Below are positions 50,277 to 62,479 of a DNA stretch of 64,000 nucleotides, piece after piece (position 1 is the first letter of the stretch; each line of letters starts with the position of its first letter). Position numbers and translations under genes: made by a program. Under the pieces are notes generated by a model, which was not told where the DNA came from, made no database searches, and was given only the letters and a program-made list of their open reading frames with translations. The stretch is from NCBI GenBank assembly GCA_964016885.1, contig OZ024741.1, forward strand, positions 148,056,001-148,120,000, in the 5' to 3' direction. The stretch comes from Eledone cirrhosa. Its lineage: Eukaryota.

Positions 50277-50846
50277 TTACACTTGTAGTCCATCAGCAGT
50301 TTCACACTCGGACATTACACTGCTTCCATCAACTATTATCCGGCTCTCGGACATTACACTGCTTCCATCAACAGCTGTCTGACTCTCGGACATTACACTG
50401 CTTCCATCAACAGTTGTCTGACTCTCGGACATTACACTGCTTCCATCAACAGTTGTCTGACTCTCGGACATTACACTGCTTCCATCAACAGTTGTCTGAC
50501 TCTCGAATATTACACTGCTTCCATCAACAGCTGTCTGACTCTTGGACATTACACTGTCACCATCACCATTTGACTGACACTCAGATATAATACTGTTTCC
50601 ATCAACAGTTGTCTGATCCTTGGACATTGCACAGCTTCCATCGACATTTTTTTCGCACTCAGACGGTGTAGTATTGCTATCAATTTTCATCTCACACTCA
50701 GATACGACATCCTTGCCATTAGTGTTTCTTTCAGACTCAGACACAGTGTTATTAACTAGATTTTTGGCTTCCCATGCAGACATAGCATTGTCCACATGTT
50801 GTGAGAACTTCGTCAGGGATTTTAAACACATTTTGTCTTTGACAAC
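50277..50846 (-). CDS. NCAPG: Condensin I subunit CAP-G, last clear coding exon, with a 13-aa repeat tail
   Basis: Acceptor TTTTTATCAG|. VVKDKMCLKSLTKF corresponds to recalled human VKDRTCLRALEK. It ends at TAA 50277-50279. Confidence 0.82.
   Translation of the reverse strand, partial: VVKDKMCLKSLTKFSQHVDNAMSAWEAKNLVNNTVSESERNTNGKDVVSECEMKIDSNTTPSECEKNVDGSCAMSKDQTTVDGNSIISECQSNGDGDSVMSKSQTAVDGSSVIFESQTTVDGSSVMSESQTTVDGSSVMSESQTTVDGSSVMSESQTAVDGSSVMSESRIIVDGSSVMSECETADGLQV
50290..50760 (-). repeat. Coding 39-bp tandem repeat (VDGSSVMSESQTT), about 9 clear and 3 degenerate units
   Basis: CTCTCGGACATTACACTGCTTCCATCAACAGTTGTCTGA is repeated. Confidence 0.9.
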
Positions 50847-51771
50847 CTGATAAAAATAAGTTTGAAAATCAACAACAAAAAATACACTAAACATAAAACT
50901 GTAGAAGTATATAATTTTAGTGGCAATCAAATGGAAATAAGTGCCACAACAAAATTCACCCAGTAAACTTTGTTAAGTGATTGGTGATCAAACAGACAAA
51001 ATAGAGTAGAGAGGATACTGCAGTCTGGCTGAGCATATAACATCTTTACTACTGGTGCAACAATAAAATACACTCAGTGTACTCTGTAAGGTGATTGGTG
51101 TCAGGAAGGGTATCCAGCTATAGAAACTATGCCAAATATGGAATATATGAGCAAGATGAGGTTTCTCAGACCCATCTAGTCTCAAACAGTGACAACCTGT
51201 TCAACCCATGCCAGCATGAAACACAGCTATAAAATGATGATGAAAGAACCATTGTTATGTTCTAAAAAACAGATTAGTAATAACTTTTTTTTTATTTAAA
51301 AGCAAGCCACAATAATTATTTATTTACAATAACTTATAACTTTGCCTATTAATCCGTATGGTGAGCAAATGGGGGCCGTGTTGGCCTCCCCACAACCCCA
51401 GCGGACTGGATGGAGAAGGTGTTTCCCCGGAGGATGGTAAGGGAGATGCGCTTAGTAATGAAACAATTATAATTACTAAATCCCTCCAAATTCTTGATTA
51501 TTTTCAAAATCAAAGGAGGTGTCTTTCATTAGAAATATGACAATGAAAGGAAAAGAGCCAATCATTAAATTGGACCAAAGCAATAATTTTTCTATTAGTT
51601 CTTCCATTGCTGATATTAATTGCAGAAGGAGCGATGTGGAAATAAAGTATATGGCTGAAGAATATGTCACTTGGTCCAGGAAGCAAATCCAGGTTTTTAT
51701 GATTTTGAGCTCAACACCCTAACTACAAGGCCTCATGCCTTCAACAAAAGAATTGAAAAAAATGTACTTAC

Positions 51772-51942
51772 CGAGACAATTTGAGACATTAACGTTTGTA
51801 GATCCTTTAACATGGTAAAACTGTCTTTATTTAGATCAAGTTTATTCAGAACTTGGCTCAATGGACGAAGAATGAATGAGTTTGGGGTGGAAAGTATTTC
51901 ATTACATACCCCGATAAGCAGTCTATCATGATTTATATTTTC
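51772..51942 (-). CDS. NCAPG: CAP-G exon (ENINHDRLLIGVCNEILSTPNSFILRPLSQVLNKLDL..SQIVS)
   Basis: TAG| and |GTAAGT boundaries, 171 nt, phase 0/0. It resembles recalled human VHDNLAMKICNEILTSP. Confidence 0.88.
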
Positions 51943-52871
51943 CTACCAAACAAAATAGAACACAAAAATATAATGAAATATATCCATTTATATGGCCTTC
52001 ATCTTATCACACCACCATACAATCATCTAATCATGTCTTAAGAGATGATGAAAAGGTTTGGCACCAGAAAGGGTATCAATCAAAAAGGACCCTATGGGTA
52101 TGTAGCTGCTCATGGGGCACAAGAGGCTAACAGCTGCTTTGGAGAAGAAATGACCTTAAACCACTTCTTGTGTTCAGTACCAGGAAGGGTAACAAAAAGG
52201 ACCCCATGATGAGTATGAAGCTTGTCATGGAGCCCAAAAGGCTAACGGCTACTTTGCCGAAAAATGTAATTTTTCTTACTATCCTTCATCATACTTTTTA
52301 CATTTGCTTTTCTATGCTTGCATGGGTTGGATGAGTATTGATAGGGTAGGTATTCTGCAGCATATATGTGAGAATGCCCATTATACATACATGTGTGTGT
52401 ATAAATGCATACGCCATGAAATGGTTGGCATTAGCAATTGCAACCATGCCAAAATGGAGTGTACGCGTAAGACAGTTATCTGACCTGCCTAGTCTCAGAA
52501 TGTAACAACCCTTCTAACCCATGCAAGCAAAGAAAATAGATGTGAGATGATGAGGATGATGAATATATATATATGCACAACTGGCACCATATCCTGCCAT
52601 GTTTCCAGTTGTAAGACTTTATCATTTGTTTACAAACTCGTTTTGTCCTAGTCAAAAGACCCTCACATGTTGACTCCTGTATACTGTTGTGTTGTTGTAT
52701 AGGCATCTTTCTGGCAGCTTGCTCTAAGCTGTTGTACAACCTGGATTCAATGTTCTGCAATACCATGCTTATGCACAAAATTACATTGCCCTGGGTTAGC
52801 CAAAGTGGAAGGTAGATGCTTTTTCCTCATTCACCCCATGTATTTCATTTTCATTTGCAACATTGCTACAT

Positions 52872-53275
52872 TATGAGGGTTAGGTGAAAAGTTCATAGGA
52901 TGACCAAGACACTCTCATAAAATATCACCAAATAAGGTTTATTTTTCAAAATAGTTCCCTTGAGGTCTACACTGCTCTTCCATCACTGTTGCAGTGCTTG
53001 GATCCCATTAGTGAAGAAACTTTCATCCTGTTGGTCAAAAAAGTCATCAACAGCAAAAATGATGTTGATGTCATCATCACTGCAATACTGCTTCCCTACC
53101 TAGTGTCTTTTCATGTTGGATAACAGAATATAGTCAATGTTTTCCTTGGTGGTGGCAGTTGCAGGACGTCCAGACCTTGGGTCATCTTCAAGACTCCTTT
53201 CCCCTCCTAAATTCAGCTTCCCCCTTTTGCACTGTTAAAAATGCTGGAGTGTCTTCCCATAATGTAGCAACCATG
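52872..53275 (-). mobile_element. Mariner-like DNA transposon relic in an NCAPG intron
   Basis: TIR-like end TATGAGGGTTAGGTGAAAAGTTC. The minus strand encodes LEDDPRSGRPAT. Confidence 0.65.
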
Positions 53276-53289
53276 TCAATATGAATGTC

Positions 53290-55900
53290 CTTGTGGGCTA
53301 AACCCTTTTTCTGCAGGTACTTGATAACACCACAATGCCAAATTTTGTCCCTTTTCAAGAATGGGTAAAGTTTTTGCAGAATTTCTTAATAGGCTTACCA
53401 AGGGGATTTGCCCTTGAGTGATTCCGGAGACACAATGTTGCTTTAGGTCGAGCAGGGGCACAACAGACATGAACTTCGCCAGCTGCAGGAGAAATGTCTA
53501 GAACTTTGCATGTCTTTGTTGACCTTACCATTCTTAGTAAGGTGAGATGCCCTCCAGGTTTCATGAGTTTGTTCAAACAGCTACATTGAAGTATGAAAGA
53601 GAGGCTTAATTTCAATGGTTCTCTGCCTGAACCCATTTCCATCGACAATGGAGTTAAGCAAGGGAACATCCTAGCACCAACTCTGTTCTCTATCTTCTTT
53701 GCAGTGACTCTCACGTATGCGTTTCAGAATTGCAATGTTGGTGTGTATCTGTGTTTCAGGACCACGGTTAGGGTTTTCACCTTGGCAGACTTTCCAGTCT
53801 CTCATCAGAGAGTTCCTCTATGCTGATGATGCAGACCTTATTACTCATACCGAGGAGGACATGCAGGCAATCATGGACCTGGGGCATGGACTGCTTTGGG
53901 GCTTTCTATCAACACAAAAAAGACCAAGGTCCTGTAGACACCACCTCCTGAGCAACATTACGCCAAGCCCAACATCTTTGTTCAGGGTCAGAGGTAGGAG
54001 GTTGTTGATACATTTGTCTACCTTGGTAGTGCTCTCTCCAGAGATGGTCAATTGGACTCCGAAATCGAATTAAGGATCGAAAAAGCCAGCAAAACATTCG
54101 GTAGGTCAAAGGGACAGGTCTGGTCAGATAGAGGCATCTCATTTGGCACTAAGATAAGTGTCTACCAATTGTGTCCTAACTGCTCTCTTGAAATCTTCTG
54201 AGACTTGGATCACATACCAACATCATATCAAGACATTGGAAAGATTCCACCAAAAATGCCTAAGGTGTGGCAGTCATCTACACCTGACACTTGTTCTGCA
54301 GTGGACTAATACATCCAGCATAGAAAAACTCCTCATTTGAAACCAACTGTGTTTAAGGCAGATGGGAGATGAGAGGTTGCATAAGTGAATTTGGTATGGG
54401 GAGTTAACTCTTTTCTGATCTGAAGTCAGATTCCAGCTTAACCCCAAAGTCATCCCATGTCTCAACTTTGGACATCCTTACTGTCTCTGCTGCATTTCTC
54501 CATGCCTGTTTGTACCGCAAATGCAAAAAGGATTTATTTCCAAGCGAAGCTTTGTAGCCCTCCTTCTCTGCTTAGATGGCATCTTTGACCTCTTGATTGA
54601 ACCAAGAGGTCCTCCTGCCATCTGGCACCACACGAAGCCTCTTTCATCTGCAGCATTTAAGAGCTGAAGCACAAACTGCTGAGCTAAACAATCTCCACTC
54701 AGTCTCAACATCCTCAGTTTGTTCAGAGAGTTCTCTGAATTTGGATGCAATAGTATCTGCATACCTGGTCCTGACTTCTTTATCTACCAATACTTTCTAC
54801 TTTATCCTGTAGGTCGCCCTGGACCTGGCAGCTTTGTAGGCTTCCTTGGCTTTAATTAGTCTTAAGTTGCAGATAACTAGATGGTGATTGGTTGACAGTT
54901 CAGCCCCTCTCTTAACACAAATATCCAACACAGAATCAAAGGCTGAAAGAATACAATTGTGAATACAAACAGCAGAAATGGGGTTCCTCCGAAGGGTCTT
55001 TGGAGTAACGTTACTCGATAGGGTGCGTAGCTCGAAGATCAGAGAGTCACTCCAGGTAGAGCCGCTACTTCTCCGAATTGAGAGATCACAGCTTTGATAC
55101 TATAAGCATGTGGTTAGAATGTCTCAGGAAAGATTCGCTGGACAGATTTTACGGGCAAAACCAACCGGCAGGATACCCAGGGGTAGACCCAGAGCAAGAT
55201 GGTTGGATAACATCCATGAGCTTGGCTGCTCTCGCTTGGGGATCCAGCCAGATCATTTAGAAACGGTTGCTTCTGACAGGACCCACTGGAAGGAGTGTTT
55301 CAGGACTCTGCCCCCACGACCCTTTCAGGAATAAGTGAGCAAAGAAGAAGAGTGAACTCTTGATCAATGCCCCAGACACAAACCCAAGAAATGTTTCAGG
55401 GATGTTGTCAAAGGTAACTTGAAGACACTTAGTACTAGTGTTGAGGATTGGGAAGATGAGACAGAGAGTAGATCTGGTTGGAGAAGACTGGTTTATGATG
55501 GTTGTGATTTTTGGGGTCAAAAGGATGGAACATTCAGTGTTTCAAAATGCACTCAGGAAAGGTGATGTAGACTCACTCCCAGAGGATATCTGATCACAGC
55601 ATGTCTGTAACATCTGCAGAAAGATAGTTGTCTCATGCCAGGCCTGCTAGTCATTTAAGAGTTCACAGCAATCAACAGTCTGGGGCCAATTATGTTGGTG
55701 TCCTCCCTGAAAGGCCTGCGGTGTAGTTGTGTCAGTTTTGCAACAAAGCCTGTAGTTTCGCTGCTTGACTCAAGTGGCACATGAGAGTGCATAAGGAGGA
55801 AGTTATGTTTAGGACTGTCCAAGAGCCTCATGTGTAAAATGGTATGCAGGAGCAAGGCCAGTTTGCTGAGTCATCTGCAGACTCATGGCTGTTCAACACA
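53290..55900 (+). mobile_element. RTE/BovB-like LINE relic interrupted by a second RTE-type insertion
   Basis: Encodes IPETQCCFRSSRGTTDM, NGVKQGNILAPTLFSIFF, REFLYADDA and LERFHQKCLR. It resumes after 55361. Confidence 0.8.
54413..55349 (+). mobile_element. RTE-type insertion with a 5' inversion and 12-bp TSD
   Basis: TSD GAGT(T/G)AACTCTT is at 54401 and 55350. The segment 54413-~54985 is antisense and encodes the APE end GAELSTNHHLVIC. The segment ~54990-55349 is the sense 3' end with a GAAGAA tail. Confidence 0.75.
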
Positions 55901-56499
55901 ACATTGAAGAGATGGCCCTCTTTTGTAAAAAGTGGCAGTTATCATATATATATATATGAGAATGGAATAATCGACTAATATTTTGATCAGGTGCATCAAG
56001 CTTGGTATATTATTCAGGTCTAAAATATGCAGGAATCAAAGCCGAGTGTGTACAAAAGGTTATGATACTGGTAGATGAAGATGGTGAAAGCATAAATAAT
56101 TAATACAAAAGCAAACCAAGCCAAGGTTGTTATTCAAATTCCATTTTTAATTTCTACAGTTGATTCTATGGGGACAAATTTCATGCCAGTAGAAAGTATC
56201 AATCAATTAATTGGGCAAACAATTAATAATTAACGTGGAACAAAAAATATAGCCCCATTTCATCAGTAAATATAGAGATATTGAGTCACACACACACACG
56301 CACAGAAAATATAAAAGCAAGCTTTCGAAAAGCCAACAGAACATGTGAGAAATATGAAGCAGGTGTTGCTAGAAAATAGTATATTAATGTAAGTATTTTA
56401 GATTAAGTTGTATTGTACGGAAGCATATTGGAGGATAGCCTGTGCAGATTTGAAAGTCACAGTGCATGGCTAAAAAATAACATTTAAAATATGAACATA

Positions 56500-56860
56500 C
56501 AAGGGCAATCCCAAAGGTCTCCTTCCAATATTGCAACTTTTCCGTTAAAATCCTGTGGATGGTGCTTCGGGAAACCTCAAGAACCAAAATGCAGAAAGCA
56601 TCCAGAGTGATCCGCCGATCTTTACACATGTTTTCCTCGGAAGGAGACTTTACTTTTGGGATACCCTCGTATATAATAACTGCGCAAAATTCGCACTTGG
56701 CGGCAGCGTTCAACGACTGCCAAGCCAAGATTGAGCATCCCAGCGAAGCGCACGCATGCTTGTTTGGGAATGAAGGAAGCACCAATCACAACAGCGTTGC
56801 CAACAGCCGTACGAACAGTTTCTCCTCGCTTTGGAGACCTTACTTTTGGGATTACCCTCG
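56500..56860. mobile_element. Mariner-type non-autonomous element with TA TSD and an extra internal end at ~56669
   Basis: TA|CAAGGGCAATCCCAAAG..CTTTTGGGATTACCCTCG|TA. A VSRSTIHRILTEKL HTH remnant is on the minus strand. Confidence 0.75.
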
Positions 56861-57672
56861 TACTAGTGCAATGTCTAAATTCATTCAAAATATTCTACTC
56901 ACAAAATTAAATGAGATGAACACTAATAAGGTCTCCCCACTTAGTATACTATGCTAACCTATTAAGCCCTTCCCTATCTAATCTTATATCGATTAGTTAT
57001 GAATCAGACTTTAGTAATTGTTATACTGTTTCACTTAAATTTTATAATAGGCTTATCTTCACTATAGGAAATCTGTAACTCATTCTACATTCTTACACGT
57101 GAATTATTATTATTCTTTCTATATTGGTATTTTAGGACCCAATTAAATTCATCATCATATTCAGTTAGGTACTTCCCCTTATATAATTGCCTCTTACACC
57201 TATTAAGTACATATTAGACTTAACCTCTTCAGTGTCATAGAAGAGATAACTTGTCCTAACATGTATGCATTCCAGTGCCACAGACGAGATAACTCGTCCA
57301 AACATGTTTGAACTCTTTTCCAACAGTTCATAACTTCAAAGTTATGAACTCGTTCCCAACAGTTCATAATTTCAAAGCAAGATGGGGTTACTAGTTTATT
57401 GATGTGATGTTTGTCAATCATTCAGATATGTATTGTTAATAAATGTTTGTTTAAAAAAAAATAGTCATTTTACTGGAAAAAAAAAAAAAACTGGCACAGC
57501 AACTGTAGCTGTGTAAAATATATGCAGCAGTCAACAGGTTAATAGGTAAACTCCTTCATGTAAGTTAATTATTATGAGATTGAAGTAGAGTAATTTTTTT
57601 ATGGCCACTCCCTCCTTAGATTCCCTTACATTTTCCATATGCTCTGCCCCACTGATTAATTGTTAAGTAATT

Positions 57673-57866
57673 GGCGGTGGATTGGTAGTATCGGTAGAGG
57701 GTCGAACGCCATGCTTTGCAGCATAGATTTATGCCGCTCCTTTACAGTCTGAGTTCAAATCCTGCCGAGGTTAACTTTGCCTTTCATCCTTACGGGATCG
57801 ATAAAATAAAGTACCAGTAATGCTCTGGGATAATTGCTGGCCTTGTGCCAAAAAGTAGAAACAATT
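57673..57866 (+). mobile_element. Full-length family A SINE in an NCAPG intron
   Basis: Head, B box, core and tail are present. It is flanked by TTAAGTAATT repeats. Confidence 0.85.
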
Positions 57867-58471
57867 ATTAAGTAATTGGTTAAGTCTATCTTGGACATGG
57901 TTATATCTGCATACTTGTATATGATCTCTTACGACAGTGGGGCCAGGCATAAATGACAGTTGACTAATCTGTGTTTATTACACAGATATATACTCGACTG
58001 GTCACTGTTAAAAGCAAACATTGGTTAACAAGGTTATGTTTATGTTAAGGACATCAATAAGTAACATAACAGTATTTTTGTTAATATATCAACACATGCT
58101 TGCCTTTGTAGGCTGAAAATGACATATTCATGCCCATAACAACACAACAGCATACCCATAACTAGATGGCCATGCATATGACTACACGGCCACAAGTGTG
58201 ACTAGACGGCTACAAGTGCAACTAGAAGGCCATGAGTGCGACTAGAAGTCTTTGTTGAAAAAACATGAAACAACACTGTAAATGTGGTTGGTGTTAGGAA
58301 GGGCATCCAGCTGTAGAAAACCCGCCAGACAGTCCTATGCGAGCAAGACAACCACTCTTGCCTCAAGTGGGAAAACCCCCATCCAAACCCATGCAAGCGT
58401 GGAACAGGGACGTTAAACGATGATGATGATGATGATGATGATGAAGACAAGTAAATACCAAATTCTCCTAC

Positions 58472-58631
58472 CTTACAGAATGATTTTGTGAGGAGCTGTG
58501 GCTTAGTTAATTCAATCAACAGATCACAAACATTGGAACTGTTTACTTTAGACAATGGACTGGAGGCTGGAGCATTACACAGAATCTTTATCACTGGTAT
58601 AAAACTTTCTACCAGTAGCTCTTGGTTCAAA
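58472..58631 (-). CDS. NCAPG: CAP-G exon (LNQELLVESFIPVIKILCNAPASSPLSKVNSSNVCDLLIELTKP..)
   Basis: TTTCAG| and |GTAGG boundaries, 160 nt, phase 2/0. NAPASSPL is a CAP-G hallmark. Confidence 0.92.
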
Positions 58632-58659
58632 CTGAAAACCAAAAATTAAAACAAGAACA

Positions 58660-59100
58660 TTGAAAAATGCTTGAAGCCGAATATGGGCAACTTTGTTGTG
58701 GTGAGGGTGGCCATGTGCTGGATTCTGGGTGACATCTGTATTATGGAAATACTGATTCAGTTTGACTAGTTTGTCCCTTGTAATCAATTCCATGATCCCT
58801 GTTAACCGGAATAAATCATCTTTGAAAAAATACATGTCCTGATTAGGGACAGAAACAACTCCCATCACTATCTGAAATGCAATATAGGCCCTCATTTCTG
58901 AAGCAGTTGTGTTTCCCCATTTCTGATCAGAGCCTTTTGTTTCAATGTATTTGTTTGTTGCGATTGCCAGCAAATCGAACAAATCCTTAATACATATTTC
59001 AAAGAGCAAATCTAGTTCCTTCTTCGCCATATCCAAGATATTTACTGATCCAAGATTTCCTTTGAGTGCATCAACATCAACTTCAGAAAATCAATTGCTC
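58660..59100 (-). mobile_element. piggyBac (PGBD4-like) transposase fragment in an NCAPG intron
   Basis: Encodes ATNKYI..WGNTTASEMRAYIAFQIVMGVV..RDKLVKLNQYFH. Confidence 0.75.
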
Positions 59101-59582
59101 CATTCAAACGATAAAATAAAGCATCAGTTACGCACTGGAGTTGATTTAATCCACTTTTCCCTTCAAATTGCTAGCCTTGTGCCAAATGTACAGACAGTTA
59201 TTATCATCCCCTTTTTATGTCTACTTTCCATGCTAGCATGGGTTGAGCAGGAGTAGCAGTAATAGTGAAGTTTAAAGTCTGTCCTAAGCCCAGAAACTCA
59301 TCAGTTTCAATGGTGTTAAATGACACAGCTGGGACAGGACATCAGTCCATCGCATGATTATTCTTCAGCTGCTGCTGGTAATTTTTTTCAGCTGAGTGAA
59401 CTGAGGAAACATGAAATGAAGTGCCTTGCACAACACACTGATAATAAAACCCACAACCTTACAATTGTGAACACAACATTAACCACTAGGCCATGTGGTG
59501 GGTGGTGGTGATATATAACAATGACAACAACTACGATAACAACAATAGAATTTATCTCCACAGCGAGAAGTTCAAAACTTAC

Positions 59583-59764
59583 GCAGACTCTGATGCAAAG
59601 ACAGGAAAAAATGTTCCCAAACAACAACGCAGATGCTCATTATCTTCGGATAGGGGATTAAACCACAACAAAATTAAACGAGTAAGAACCTTTGAGGAAA
59701 CTATGCGAGCTGCAAGCAATAATTTCGCCAAGCCTTCTGCAGCAACAGTTCGGATTTCACAAAC
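59583..59764 (-). CDS. NCAPG: CAP-G exon (VCEIRTVAAEGLAKLLLAARIVSSKVLTRLILLWFNPLSEDNEHLRCCLGTFFPVFASES)
   Basis: TAG| and |GTAAGT boundaries, 182 nt. It matches recalled human ELRTGAAEGLAKL..LSRLILLWYNP..LRHCLGVFFPVF. The ORF track does not report it. Confidence 0.93.
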
Positions 59765-61636
59765 CTATTTAATGAAAGGAACAAAAATTAAATTAAATTT
59801 ACAGTTCACACATATGCAAGTTTAGCAGGCCTCCTACGAGATTGCAACTCATAAGTTTTTGGAGGTTTTAATGAGAGGGTCTCAAATCCTATTGTGAAAA
59901 GCAATGTGAAATGAAGCATCTTGCTCAAGAACACAATGCATGCCCTAGTGTTAAGAGTGTTGGACTCACGATCGTATGGTTGTGGGTTCGATATTTGTTT
60001 TTTTTTAGAAAGACACTTCATTTCACATTGCTTTTCATGATAGGTTTGGGACTCCTATCATTAAAACACACAAGAGACCTCCTGTGAGATGCAATACACA
60101 AAGGAAACCAGCTAAGCCTACATATATGTGAATTGTAACAACAAAATGATAGGATTAGGGCCCATATCATTAAAACACTAAAAAAAAACTTGAGATGCAA
60201 CACACAGGAGGCCAGCTAAACCTACGAATGTCTGAGCTATAAATTTCTTTTCATTCAGTCGACAGAGTGATGAATACTGTCACCAACTGATGTTCAAGAC
60301 ACAATTTCCCTGCTGAAAATAGCAGCCATATTTGCCTCAAATCATATGATACTCTCTTTATCCTTTCTAAGGAAATACATTGCCTTTGTGTTTCAATTTC
60401 TAAAACAATCAAGAATGTTGAAGGTGTTTAATAAAATTACTAACTTGTCCATTAAGTTTCTATTTTGAATATCACAAAGTTCTTTTATATAACTATAGTA
60501 GAAGAGTTAAATACAAACACATTAAAATGGATGGTTTTGAATCATAGAACATATGGCAAGGTAAGTCTTAGGTGGATTGGTATTAAAAGGGTTAAAAAAG
60601 AAATGACACAGAATGTAGTCATAGATATGACTATAAAAAGGTGAGTGTTCCTGTTGTTTAATCAATGGAACAGCCTGCTCCTGAAATTAACATGTAGAGG
60701 GCTTTGCATTCCATAGACATGTGTACACAAAACATAATTCTCAGGGAGATTCAATGTGAAATAATGTGCGACAAGATTGTCCCTTTGAATTACAACTACA
60801 GTCCATACAATGGACTTCCAAACTGTTTCCATCTATCTAATTTCACTCATAAAGGATGGATCAACCCAAGTAAATGACACTTGCACAAGATGACACACAG
60901 TGGGATTGAACCTAAGACCTAATGATTGCAAAGCTAAATTCTTAACCATTCAGTCATGCTATGTCCAAACAACAACAACACTAACATGCATATGTAATGT
61001 CTAGTGATCTAGGAAAGGAGCCCATCATCAGTTAGGAGGACCAAGTGAAACTATGTTTCCATCTGTCTTTCCATTGCTGATCCTATCTGTTGGTTGCAAT
61101 ACTTGGCAGAAGGAGATAGGATTTGAACAGACTACACAAGAGCTGGATCAGATACCACAAAGCATCCAGTTCAAATCTTTAACAATTCACCACTCCAAAA
61201 CCCCTTGAACTGATACTTATCGACCCCAAAAGGATGAAAGGCAAGTTAACTTCAGCAGGATTTGAACCCAGTGTAGAGAACCAAAACAAACACATTTAAC
61301 CCTTTTGATACCAGCCCACTCCAAAACAACTCTAGTTTTATGAACAAAACCACCTATTTTAACAGGTTCCTATCTAAATCCAAATCTTAGTGTCATTTGT
61401 TATAAGAATCGTTTAAGTTATGCTACAAATACCATCTTGTAATGATACAGTAGAAAATATTTAAAAACAGGCTTGTTAAATCAAATGATGATAGTATTTT
61501 TCTTTACTAGTGTAAAAACCTTAATGAACATTTGTAGTATTAAAATAAAGACTTCAATTTTTAATATGATGCAGTCATAATGCTGAACCTAATCAATTAT
61601 CAGATCACACAAAGTTTCAAATAGTAACCAACTCAC

Positions 61637-61879
61637 CTCAGAATGCAACTGTTTACAGAGCAGCGCTATCATCACTTTGGATGCAGAGCCTTCCTTGTTG
61701 CTTTCCTCCAAATTACTTGAATCCAAATCATTGCGATCTAGATGTGTGTTATCTCCCTCCTCATCTTCATTTCTTGAACAACTAACAAACAGATCAATTC
61801 CAAAGACCAATAGGATATCAAAGATAGCTTTCAGAGCAGTCACTTTCACAGTGACAACTTCCATTTCGATATGACAAGC
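61637..61879 (-). CDS. NCAPG: CAP-G exon (ACHIEMEVVTVKVTALKAIFDILLVFG..KQLHSE)
   Basis: TTGCAG| and |GTGAGT boundaries, 243 nt. It matches recalled human VTIKISALKAIFDQLMTFG. Confidence 0.92.
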
Positions 61880-62479
61880 CTGCAATGGAGAGAAACACCA
61901 TTACTGCATTCAACATACAGCATTTGATAAATGGTTTGCATTGGTTGATACCAATCCATACCTTATTCTAAGTATGGTATATGATGTTGGCACTTTGTCA
62001 AACCACTACGCACCTGGACATATTTATAAAAGGTGTCAATATGATGTTTGCAGTAACTGGCGTGCACGCACACAACAGGCGTCATAACAGTTTCCATCTA
62101 CCAAATTCACCCATAAGATATTAATAATCCTGTGACTATAATGCAAAATATTTACCAAAGGTGCCATATAATGAGATAGAATCCAAAATGGAGTGGTATG
62201 TCTGTGCCGGCTTATGTATATGGTAAATGGTATCACTATCTTATACAGTTGGGGATATGTAAGTAAAAAAGTAATCATTAACTTTTATCTCACTACTAGC
62301 TGTGCCTCTGAGCATGTGTTATTAAAAGGGCAGATACTATCTCGAACTTACATTCAGCCTTAAGTGAAGTGAAGAAACCATTGATTGGTCTCAGCATTTT
62401 ATATAAAGATAGACCATGTCAAGATAAACATTCCTGTCAGTTTATGTATACATGACAAACTTGTTATGTGTACCTGTCC

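Noticed and set aside
50255-50590. Plus-strand repeat ORF (RTLHCFHQQLSDS)n
   Set aside because: It is the antisense shadow of the NCAPG coding repeat; splice signals and homology support the minus strand.
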